From Octopus sinensis (taxonomy: Eukaryota): 64,000 nucleotides of DNA. Location: the NCBI RefSeq assembly GCF_006345805.1, contig NC_043004.1, forward strand, positions 33,852,001-33,916,000, read 5' to 3'. Under the pieces are notes generated by a model that made no database searches, was not told the origin of the DNA, and worked only from the letters and a program-made list of their open reading frames with translations. The translations under genes were made by a program, and so were the position numbers. Of this stretch, positions 52,279 through 64,000 are shown in pieces (the first letter of the stretch is position 1; every line of letters starts with the position of its first letter).

Positions 52279-52975
52279 AATGGCCTAGTTTCAACAGTGC
52301 AGATATTCAGTAAGGATATCGGAATGGAATTTGGGACTAAAAAGTGTGGTATTCTTATAATACAAAGAGGCAAAGTAGTGTTGTCTGATGGTGTAGAACT
52401 ACCCAATGGCAAGAAAATCAAGAATATTGAGATTATTGGATATAAATAACTGGGGGTTTTAGAATGCGACAAAATCAAGGAAAATGAAATGAAAGAAACC
52501 TTTAGGCAGGAATATTTCAGAAGAACCAAGTTAATTATGGGAAGTAGACTGAATGGAATAAAACAAAATCAGGACAATGACACATGGGCAGTTTCCTTAA
52601 TGCGATGTGGTGCAGGTGTTGTTAGGTGGACAAAGAATGAGCTTGAGAAAATGGACAAGAAAACTAGAGAAGTGATGACAATTAACAAGGAGTTACACCC
52701 CAAAAGCAATACTGATAGAGTGTACGTGCCTAGAAATAAGGGCGGAAGAGGTCTCATAGATTGCAAGAGAATGTCAATGAGAAGAACAGTCTGGGATGGT
52801 ATATCAAACAGCTGTGTGAATCCTTGCTTGCCGCTGTTAGAATTAACAATATAATACCTACTGAAAATGTGATGAACCCATAAACATTTAAGAAACAAGA
52901 TGAAGAAAGAGTAAACGACTGGAAAATGAAATCACTGAATGGACAATACCTCAGAGAAATCGAAGGAAAAGACAA
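52279..52975 (+). mobile_element. R4/Dong-type LINE internal fragment (late RT/thumb region)
   Basis: VSTVQIFSKDIGMEFGTKKCG..YK*LGVLE..WAVSLMR..LHPKSNTDRVYVPRNKGGRGL; starts right after the (taa)n tail of the previous copy. Confidence 0.85.
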
Positions 52976-53092
52976 AGTTTCATTCAAATCCATCCAGTGG
53001 TTCTTGAGATATCTTGTCCACGGACAAACAAACAGAAAAACACGACTGAAAACAAAACCTCTGCCTTCGCTAAGGTGGAGGTAATAATAATA
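52975..53092 (-). mobile_element. HINE/Helentron-like MITE end (putative)
   Basis: Minus strand ttattacctccaccttagcgaaggcagaggttttgtttt...gtttgtttgtcc with terminal hairpin. Confidence 0.5.
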
Positions 53093-53821
53093 ACAATATG
53101 TTTTGGTGCATGACTTTTGTCCCACTCTGTATATTCAGGCGTTTAAATAACCAAACAAAGTCATAGAATGGAAGCAGCAAAGTATACCACAGACACATGT
53201 ACTTGTTGGGTAAATCCACTCACGTGTGTATCTGTGTGTGAATCTATGTGACATGACTGGCTCTTCGAATCACAATCCATCTGACAGGCTTCTACACAAT
53301 TTCCACCTATCCAGTTTCACTTAAAAGGTTTGGGTTGACCCAGGGCTGTTGTTAATAAGAATTGCTCATGTTGCTATGCAGTAGAATTGCGTCCAAAGCC
53401 TCATGATCCTGAAGCAAACTTCTTTACCATTTTCCCATGCTGCATCCATATTATGTATACAAACTCTTATTGTTTTGGTTCCGTTTCTCTGCTGAGAATA
53501 TTGGATCTTCTGGAAATATTTCTGAGATCAACAAATGTCTTATCAAATGGAAGATTTGCTTCTGCTTAATATCAACAAATCAGAAAACATCATCAGCCCA
53601 TTAAAAGTTCTTGGAGTCTTCAGAGGCAGTGACATTTTTTCTTTATATCAGTGCCATGTGTCAACTTAATGCTGATTGAATCTACTTGATGGCAATAATC
53701 GGAACAACAACAATTAAATCGTTTATTTTTATGCAAGATCCAGTTATACATGTATAATCCCCTTTCATAATGACTGGAGTATTTATTTTTTTTCTAACAC
53801 ATTTCTTTGTATTTACCTATT

Positions 53822-54048
53822 TCTTTATTACCCACAATGGGCTAAACACAGAGGGGGCAAACAAGGACAGACATAGGTATCAAGTCTATTACATCGACCC
53901 CAGTGCGTAACTGGTACTTAATTTATCGACCCCGAAAGGATGAAAGGCAAAGTCGACCTCAGCGGAATTTGAACTCACAACGTAACGCAGACGAAATACC
54001 GCTAAGCATTTCGCCCGGCGTGCTAATGTTTCTGCCAGCTCGCCGCTT
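53822..54048 (-). mobile_element. SINE family A, full length and low divergence
   Basis: Minus strand gcggcgagctggcagaaacattagcacgccggg...gagttcaaattcc (B box)...ggggtcgat...gtgggtaataaagaa. Confidence 0.92.
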
Positions 54049-54199
54049 TATTTCTTTGTATTTACCATTCATTGCTAGGTGCTATATAATGTTACTGTAA
54101 TTGGCCCAATTTTATAACATTGGCATAACACCACCAAACACTCTGGTAAAATTGAAACTCAAACTGATGATAAACCAATGATATGGCTTCAACTACAAT

Positions 54200-54740
54200 C
54201 ATACTGCTGGTTCTCTGGGGCAGGAACCATCTGTCACAGTCTCAGGCAACATTTCTACAGCTGGATGCCCTTCCTAATGTCAACCATTCCGAGAGTGTAG
54301 TGGGTGCTTTTTTGTGCCACCAGCACGAGGGCCAGTCAGGAGGTTCTGGCAATGGCCATGCTTAAAAGGTGTTTTTTATGTGCTACCTGCATGGGAGCCA
54401 GTCTGGTGGCACTGGCATTGACCATGCTCAAATGTTGTTATTCATGTGTCACTGGAACATGTGCCAGTAAAGTGACACTGGCAATGATCACACTCAAATG
54501 GCACTTAATATGTGCCCCTGGCACAGGAGCCAATCTGTGGCCCTGGCAATGATCATGCTTGGATGTTCTTTTAACATTCCACTGGCATGAGTGCCAATCA
54601 AGTGGTACTGTCATCGGCCATGTCAGTGATTTTGATTTGTTTACACTCGCCTCAATAGGTCTTTGCAAGCAAAGTTTATTGTGCAATGAATGAGGGGTAC
54701 TCATAAGTGGGCTGGTTACACCCCATACTCGAATGTGCTT
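54200..54740 (-). mobile_element. Repeat family D with about 4 internal units
   Basis: tttctacagctggatgcccttcctaatgtcaacc...repeated gtgccac/gccagtc units. Confidence 0.8.
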
Positions 54741-55559
54741 TTAACGTTCCACTGGCACAAGTGCCATAGAACCAGTTTCCCCAGGGTGTGGGGTTATCTC
54801 CGAAAACATACAATTAAAATGAAATTAGTCACCTATTTTGAATGATAACATTCTAAGAGAAAATAACTGCGCAATAATCACATCACTCATCAAAACTGTA
54901 TTTTCTATACTCTAACTCAATCTGCTAGAAACAGCAGCCAAATATACTTCAAATTATACTGTCTTCAAAAGAAGGAAGCACATTAAAAAATGTAATCATA
55001 GATATGCAAATGATGGAATGCCTTTGACAATAGGACGGTCAATCAAAGATGACCTACGGCTCAACAACAACAATAATAACATCAAACAATAACATCAACT
55101 GCGACAATCTAGACTGTAACAGTATTACCTAATGTGAGTGAGTGAATGAAACAAGATTGATTTTTGTTTTCAGTGATGACACACATTGAAACATTTATTT
55201 TATAAAGTTGGATACCTAGAGGCAGCAACAGGAGAAGATCACGACTGAGATCAAGGCCTTCCATTGTAATAGATTGTCCAGAGTGAACATCCGTGATACA
55301 AAATAAAATTATAAATTACCTACAATGCAAAAGAAATAAATTTTGTATCTCTGAATTGTGAGTTCAAACCTTAGAGGGAAGGGTTTAAATGTGATTTTCT
55401 TAGAAGTACTAGGCAGGAATTAAGATAAAATTCCATTTAGAATGGTATTATCTGCAAATTTCGTGTCTTTTGTTAATGTAAGACACTATTATGAAACAAA
55501 TGGAAATTAACCAAATTTTGTGTTGAGGAAATAAACTATTGAAGATTTCAATCTTACAT

Positions 55560-55850
55560 GAAGGGACGTGGCTTAGTGGTTAGGGCATTCAGCTCACAAT
55601 TGTAAGGTTGTCAGTTCAATTCCTGGCATTGTGTCCTTGAGCAAGACACTTTATTTCACATTGCTCCTGTTCACTCAGCTGGCAAAAATGAGTTGTTTTT
55701 TTAATCAAAGGGCCAGCCTTGTGTACACTGAATCTCCCTGAGAACTACATTAAGGGTATGCATGTCTGTGGAGTACTCAGCCATTTGCATGTTAATTTCA
55801 CCAGTAGGTCATATGAACAGGAATGCTTATCATTGTAACTGATGGAATGC
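55560..55850 (+). mobile_element. tRNA-headed CORE-like SINE
   Basis: gtggcttagtggttagg...agttcaattcc...tgtgtccttgagcaagacactttatttcac. Confidence 0.8.
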
Positions 55851-56164
55851 TGGTTAATTTCAACTCTAATTACCGAAATATCAATTATCTCTTATAAGCA
55901 CAGGCAAGGCTGTTTGGTTATGAAGTTTGCTTTGCCAACACATGGTTCCAGGTTTAGTCCTACTTCATGGTACTTTGGGCAAATGTCTTCTATTATAGCC
56001 CTCAGATGACCAATGCCGTGTGACTGAATTTGGGAGATGGAAATGATATGGAAGCTTGCTGTATACAGATACATATATACATGTATGTATGTATGTATGC
56101 ATGTATGTATGTATGTATGTATGCATGTATGTATGTATGTATGTATGTATGTGTGTATGTTAGT

Positions 56165-56505
56165 GTGAAGGCACGTGGCTCAGTGATTAGAGCGTCGAGC
56201 TTACGATCATGAGGTTGTGAGCTCGAATCCCGGACCGGGCTGCATGTTGTGTTCTTGAGCAAGACACTTTATTTCACGTTGCTCCAGTTCACTCAGCTGT
56301 AGAAATGAGTTGCGACGTCACAGGTGCCAAGCTGTATCGGCCCCTTTGCCTTTCCCTTGGACAACATCGGTGACGTGGAGAGGGGAGACCGGTATGCATG
56401 GGTGACTGCTGGTCTTCCATAAAACAACCTTGCCCAGACTTGTGCCTCAGAGGGTAACTCTCTAGGTGCAAACCCATGGTCAGTGTCTGACCGAAGGGGG
56501 TCAAT
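56165..56505 (+). mobile_element. tRNA-headed CORE-like SINE, near-intact
   Basis: A box tggctcagtgatt, B box gctcgaatccc, CORE-like tgtgttcttgagcaagacactttatttcacgttgctccagttcactcagctgtagaaatg, distinct 3' tail. Confidence 0.85.
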
Positions 56506-57263
56506 GTTAGTGTGTGTCTTTGTGTTTGTGTTTGTACCATCAGTATTTGACAATTATCATTGATTTGTTTACACTCATAACTTAGTAGTTTGGCAAAGTC
56601 CAACAGAATTAGTAGCAGACTTAAAATAAGTACTGGGGTCAATTTGTTCACCTGACACTACAATGCAGTGCTTTAGTATGGCAGAAGTCTAATAACTGAA
56701 ACATGTAAAGGAGTTAAACAGTAAATTCATACAAAACACTTAAAGACCACAAGTTTTGGGATGTTACTAAAATGAGTCTTATTAATGAAGACTACCGTTA
56801 TTTACCTTGAATATTATTTGTTAAATAACTGACAGTAATATGCACCTCTAATCCTATAGACTAGTAGAAATAGTAGAGTGTTGCAGTCAATTTCATTTGT
56901 GATGATTTTAGTATCAAATCCTGCCATATCTAAGTTTAATAGTCATTTCACTGGGTTCATAAAATGAGCACCAATTATTGATTGGATCATTTCAATCAAT
57001 CTACTCATGTAAAAGGGTGGTTATGTGCCCATGTGACACAGAAAATTTGCAGGAATAATCAGTTTGTACGAATGATGTCCCATGCATACACAACAATCAT
57101 ATTACATTTTGGTAACAATTAACGTAAACAATTAACCTGAACAATTAATACGAACAATTAATATGAACAATTAATATGAATTATCTGCCGTAAAGAAAGC
57201 GTGTCATTGGATTAGCTTTTTAATTAAGCAAATAATTTCTCTGTACCATTTCACAACTAAACT

Positions 57264-57484
57264 CAGTAATCCCTCACCAAATCACGGTTCACCTATCATG
57301 GTTTATTATTTAAGCTTATGTCAATTCCTCCCGTGGTGTTGTTTTGCATTCATAATAAAATAAATATATACAAATTATAAAAATGATAAAAAAGAATATA
57401 TACAGTTCTGTTTCTACATAATGGATTTTCACCTATCACAGGAGGTTTTGGAACATAACACCCACGATAGTCGAGTGATTAATG
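57264..57484. mobile_element. Tigger/pogo-like MITE
   Basis: cagtaatccctcacc...ttcacctatc at left; ttcacctatc...cgatagtcgagtgattaatg at right (imperfect TIR). Confidence 0.65.
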
Positions 57485-57639
57485 TTCTGGTTCTGTTTCC
57501 TTCAGTCCTTTCCATCTAAATGCTCTTTTTACACTTGTTGTAATGAGGAAGTTTCTAAGTCTTAGCTCAATCTGCTAGAAATAACAGTTCAGTTACATTC
57601 AAATTAGCCTTTAAAATCTTTAGATAAAAAACAAGGAAG

Positions 57640-58030
<391 letters not shown>

Positions 58031-58184
58031 TAATACCCATTATACATGCTGGCATGGGTTGGACGCTTTGACCAGGGCTAGCAGGCTGGAACACTGCACC
58101 AGACTGCAGTCTGTTCTGGCATAGTTTCTACAATTGGATGCCCTTCCTAATGCTAACCACTCTGAGAATGTAATGGGTGCTTTT

Positions 58185-58770
58185 ATGTGCCACCGGCATG
58201 GGTTACCATTTGTGTGACACCAGTATCTTCCACAACTGCAGTTTGATTTGGCTTGATGGGTTTTACTTGGCTTGATAGCTCTTCTTCTCAAGCATGGCAT
58301 CAGGCCTAATGGACTCAGGCATTGCCTTTGTGAAGCTCAATGCTTGAAACCTGGCATAATACCAAATGGTCTTGATCCTAGCCTCCATGGGGCCCAATGC
58401 TGAAAAGGTGCTTTTTATGTGCTACCAGCATGGGTGTCATTTGAATGACACCAGTATCTGTTATAACTACAATTTTACTTGGCTTGATAGCTCTTCTTCT
58501 CAAGCATGGCATCAGGCCTAATGGACTCAGGCATTGCCTTTGTGAGGCTCAATGCTTGAAACCTGGCATAATACCAAATGGTCTTGGTCCTAGCCTCCAT
58601 GGGGCCCAATGCTGAAAAGGTGCTTTTTATGTGCTACCAGCATGGGTGTCATTTGAATGACACCAGTATCTGTTATAACTACAATTTTACTTGGCTTGAT
58701 AGCGCTTCTTCTCAAGCACGGCATCAGGCCTAATGGACTTGGTCATTGCCTCTGTGAGGCCTAACACTCA
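58185..58770. repeat. 212-bp tandem repeat, about 2.5 copies, within a family D-related region
   Basis: ttttacttggcttgatagc at 58261, 58473 and 58685. Confidence 0.9.
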
Positions 58771-59580
58771 AAAGGAGCTGAACCTCTTTGCCTTCATGAG
58801 GCTCAGTGCTTGAAGTGGGATTTTTAAAAGCCACCTGAATGGATATGGGTTACATGTCACCAGCATCAACTATGACTGCAATTTCATTTGGCTTGACTGG
58901 TCATCTCAGACACAACAATTGCTGTGTTTCAAACATTGCTGTGTTTCACAGAAGCAATGGGTGAGTCCATTTAGCATTATGTCATGCTTGGGAAGAAGAC
59001 CCATCAAACCAAGTAAAATATTATTCCTGGTATTTAAAAAACACTAATGCACTAAAATATATTTAGATTAAAATACTTAATAGTATACAAATATATTTTA
59101 TGACTGTTATATTAGTTTATTTTGCATATTTTATAATATATTCAAAAATTCTTTTTGTTTTTAATTATTGACGCTCATTCTTGAAAACATAAATATATTT
59201 AAATTCAATCAATTTTTTGATCTGTGAATCCTCACATATGGAAAACAACACCAAAGAGATTCTTACCCACAAACAATGAATTTTTATAACTTTATTATGG
59301 GTAAGAATCAAAACAACTTTACGTTATTTGCGTTTAATATTTATTATTTATTATATTATATTATGTTGTTATAAGAATATAATATAATATTATGTTAATA
59401 AATTTTAATTTTTTAAATAAAAATTGTATATCTCCATTTTTTACTCATTTTTATAAATTTAATATATACCCATGTGAATTGTAAGGTTTTTCTTTACAAA
59501 TTTGGGGGATTAAACAGTGGAGGCAGTGAAAGATTGCATGTTTTCATCCCCATTTTCCTTATATATATATACACACACAC

Positions 59581-60038
<458 letters not shown>

Positions 60039-60059
60039 CACATACACATATATATAAAC

Positions 60060-60300
60060 ATCATCTTTAATTTCCATTTTTCATGCTGGCATGTGTTGGA
60101 CGGTTTGAGTGAAAACTGGTAGGCTGGAGATCTGCACCAGGCTCCAGTCTGATTTGGCATGGTTTCTATGACTGGATGCCCTTCCTAATGCCAACCACTT
60201 TACAGAGTGTGCTGGGTGTTTTTCATGTGGCACTGCATGGGTGCCTTTACATGGAGTCACAAGGGTGCCTTTACATGGCATTGCCACCAGTGTTTTTCAC
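60060..60300 (-). mobile_element. Repeat family D
   Basis: tttcatgctggcatgtgttggacgg...ggatgcccttcctaatgccaacc. Confidence 0.8.
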
Positions 60301-60511
60301 CACCAGAGGGACCAAACTTAACACTTCTACTGCAGAGTATGTATCTTTTGAGTTCTGCAAGGCTCCAGGAATCTCAGTCCTTTGTCATCTCACCTGAAAG
60401 GTTCAGCGTCCTAAAGCTGTTCTGCAGTACTACGTCCCATGTCTGCCTGTGTCTGCCACCTCCATGTGTTCCATCTACTTTGAGTAATCAACACCAACAT
60501 GCATATACATT

Positions 60512-60710
60512 GAAGGCGGCAAGTTGGCAGAAACGTTAGCACGCCAGGCAAAGTGCTCTGCGGCATATAGTCTACCGTTACGTTCTGAGTTCAAATTCCG
60601 CCGCAGTCGACTTTGCTGTTCATCCTTTCGGGGTCGATATAATCGACTCAATCCCTTTGTCTGTACTTGTTTGTCCCCTCTACGTTTAGCCCCTTGTGGG
60701 CAATAAAGAA
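60512..60710 (+). mobile_element. SINE family A
   Basis: gaaggcggcaagttggcagaaacgttagcacgcc...gagttcaaattccgccgcagtcgac...gcaataaagaa. Confidence 0.9.
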
Positions 60711-61729
60711 ATATACATGCATATACATTAACTCACTTAACTTTGACTACATTCACAGATTCTATCACAGATGATGTGTGTGTGTGTATGTGCGAGTGTG
60801 TGTACATATGTGTGCATGTGTATGTGTGTGAAAGAGAGTAATCGTAAGACAGATGTATTATCAGTAAAACACTAATCCGATTCTTTGGCAGACACTATTT
60901 TGCTATATCCCTACATCACTACCATGAGTTACAACCCTGTTGGGTTCCATTAAGTTTCTCATTGTGTAATGATCGATAAATTATATATCAGTAATATATT
61001 ATGCTGGAAGAAATTGATTAAACCCCTCCTCTCTCTCTGTTTCTCTCTCTCTCCTCTACTTTTTCTTTCTCCTAAAATTAAAAAAAAAAAGATCTTGTGC
61101 TTTGTCACAAAGAAATCGATATTTTCGTTAAAAAATCTCTTTAACTACACTTTACTTTAAAATAACTTAAATTCATTAAATTTCACAGACCAATGGATTT
61201 GCTCTGCTGAATCATAAATTATAAAATTGGTTTTCTGAGTATTTATTCATGCTTTTTTTTTTTCTCTGTGCCTTTGTCGGCAGGTAACAGAATGAAGTAG
61301 TGAGAGAAAGAGAGAGAGAGAGAGAGAGAAGATGAGTGATTGCTACTAGGAGAGTAGTAGCTAATTAGCGAGAGAGAGAGGGGAAGAGAGAGAGGGGGAG
61401 AGAGAGGAGAGAAAGAGAGAGAGGTGGAGGAGAGAATCAGAAGGTGATTCATGGGTGGAATGGTGAAGATGGAGACTGGTTGCAGCAGGTTTTGATGGTC
61501 AATTTATGATTTGTAAATCTAATGAATGTATTTGGAAGAACTAAAGAAAATTATAGGAAGTAGAATCCTATAAATATGAGGAATGGCGTCCAGTCAGTAA
61601 TATTGGCAAGACTCGATTATTACAAGAATTCATCTCCTGGAAATATAGGAATGGTAACCAATAACTATCACAATGATGGAACAGACACACATGTACACAC
61701 ACACACACACACACATACATATATGCACA

Positions 61730-62240
61730 TACACACATACTGACATATACACAAATGCATACATACATACATACACATACACACATACTGACATATACAC
61801 AAATGCATAGGTACATACATACACATACACACATATACTCACATATACACAAATGCATACATACATACACACACATACACACATACTGACACACACAAAT
61901 GCATATATACTCACACATACACACATACTGACACACACAAATGCATACGTACATACATACACATACACACATACTGACATATACACAAATGCATAGGTAC
62001 ATACATACACATATACACATATACTCACATATACACAAATGCATACATACATACACACACATACACACATACTGACACACACAAATGCATATATACTCAC
62101 ACATACACACATACTGACACACACAAATGCATACGTACATACATACACATACACACATACTGACATATACACAAATGCATAGGTACATACATACACACAC
62201 ATACACACATACTGACATATACACAAATGCATACATACAC
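61730..62240. repeat. Higher-order minisatellite, 186-bp period, built from CA/TA microsatellite
   Basis: gcataggtac at 61805, 61991 and 62177. Confidence 0.9.
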
Positions 62241-62483
62241 ATGAGTCCATGTGCACATACATGCACTCACAGACGCATGGACACATTAAACGCATACATG
62301 TGTGTGTGTATTGGAATATCAAATGTGTTCTAGTGCTATATTTTTTATGAAGATTTTTTTCTTTTTCATATTACAAATGAATTCCTCATAAATTCTTTGG
62401 AATGGTAAAGTTTCCTAATCCATTATGTATGCTTCTAAGCCATCACAGTCTCATTGGGAGGAAGTGATTGGTGTTGCCATTAG

Positions 62484-63220
<737 letters not shown>

Positions 63221-63529
63221 GTCTGTGGTTGTGTGGTTAAGAAGTTTGCTTTTGCTTTCCAACCAAGTGGCTTCCAGTTCAGTCCTCTTGGCCAAGTGTT
63301 TTCTGTTATAGCTTCTGTCTGACCAAAGTCTTGTGAGTAGATTTGATAAACGGAAAGTAAAAAAAACCCTGTTGCTCTGTTGCATATATTTTTACATGCA
63401 CATATATATATTTATATATATATACATATATGCATACATGCATACATACATACATACATACATACATACATACATACATACATACATACATACATACATA
63501 CAAGCATACATATATTTATATATCTATAT

Positions 63530-63870
63530 ATACTGATGCCAGTGCCCCCTGACTGGCTTCCACGCCGGTGGCACGTAAAAAGCACCATCTGAATGTGGCT
63601 GATGCCAGTGCCTTCTGACTGACTCCTGTGCCAGTGACACGTAAAAAACACTATCTGAATGTGAGCAATGCCAGGCCTGGTATTGCCAGTGGGACAGAGA
63701 AAACACTCTTGGAGTGATTGGTATTAAGAAGGGCATCAAGCTGTAGAAACCTTGCCAGATCAGATTTGAGCCTAGTGCAGCCTCCTGGCTTGCCAGCCCT
63801 CAATCTAACAATCCAACCCATGCCAGCATGGAAAATGGACATTAAATGATGATGATGATGATGATGATGA
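63530..63870 (+). mobile_element. Repeat family D
   Basis: gatgccagtgccccctgactggc...ggtggcacgtaaaaagcacc...aagggcatcaagctgtagaaac...ggacattaaatgatgatg. Confidence 0.85.
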
Positions 63871-64000
63871 TAAGTGTGTGTGTAAGAACAAGTATGTTCA
63901 TATTTCTGTCTCCTTGTCTTGACATCATGCATGATTGGTGTGAATAAGTGTTTGTTGGCTGGTCATGTTTTCAGAGAAGATTGGAAATGAAAGATTTCAC

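Noticed and set aside
53450-53580. Protein-like minus-strand frames (QKQIFHLIRHLL.../AEANLPFDKTF...)
   Set aside because: No credible donor, two equally plausible frames and no recognisable homology
55213-55320. Possible minus-strand exon ITDVHSGQSITMEGLDLSRDLLLLLPL
   Set aside because: The only nearby acceptor puts a TAA in this frame
56165-56240. tRNA genes (also heads at 25326, 48129, 59689 and 55560)
   Set aside because: A/B boxes are present but there is no complete cloverleaf, and each runs into a SINE body

Overview
AT-rich eukaryotic DNA, extremely dense in microsatellites and transposon relics. The SINE families and microsatellite load look like an octopus (cephalopod) intergenic or intronic region; this is recognition, not a database result. 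No intact, recognisable protein-coding gene, rRNA, true tRNA or CRISPR array is present, and most ORFs in the track are read-throughs of microsatellites. Supported content: two near-full-length decayed mariner elements with TIRs, a maT-like and a deleted Tc1-like transposase relic, an RTE LINE reverse-transcriptase fragment, three R4/Dong-type LINE fragments bordered by trinucleotide repeats (mostly (TAA)n), Helitron and hAT/Tigger MITEs (two with 8-bp TSDs), Penelope-like repeat fragments, dozens of tRNA-derived or RTE-tail SINEs, and an essentially identical 1.32-kb tandem duplication. The most notable hidden signal is that three unrelated Penelope-like repeat fragments each fold as a type I hammerhead-ribozyme-like motif with decayed or non-canonical cores, one inside a head-to-head palindrome. 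Two speculative phase-consistent exon chains are also reported at low confidence.
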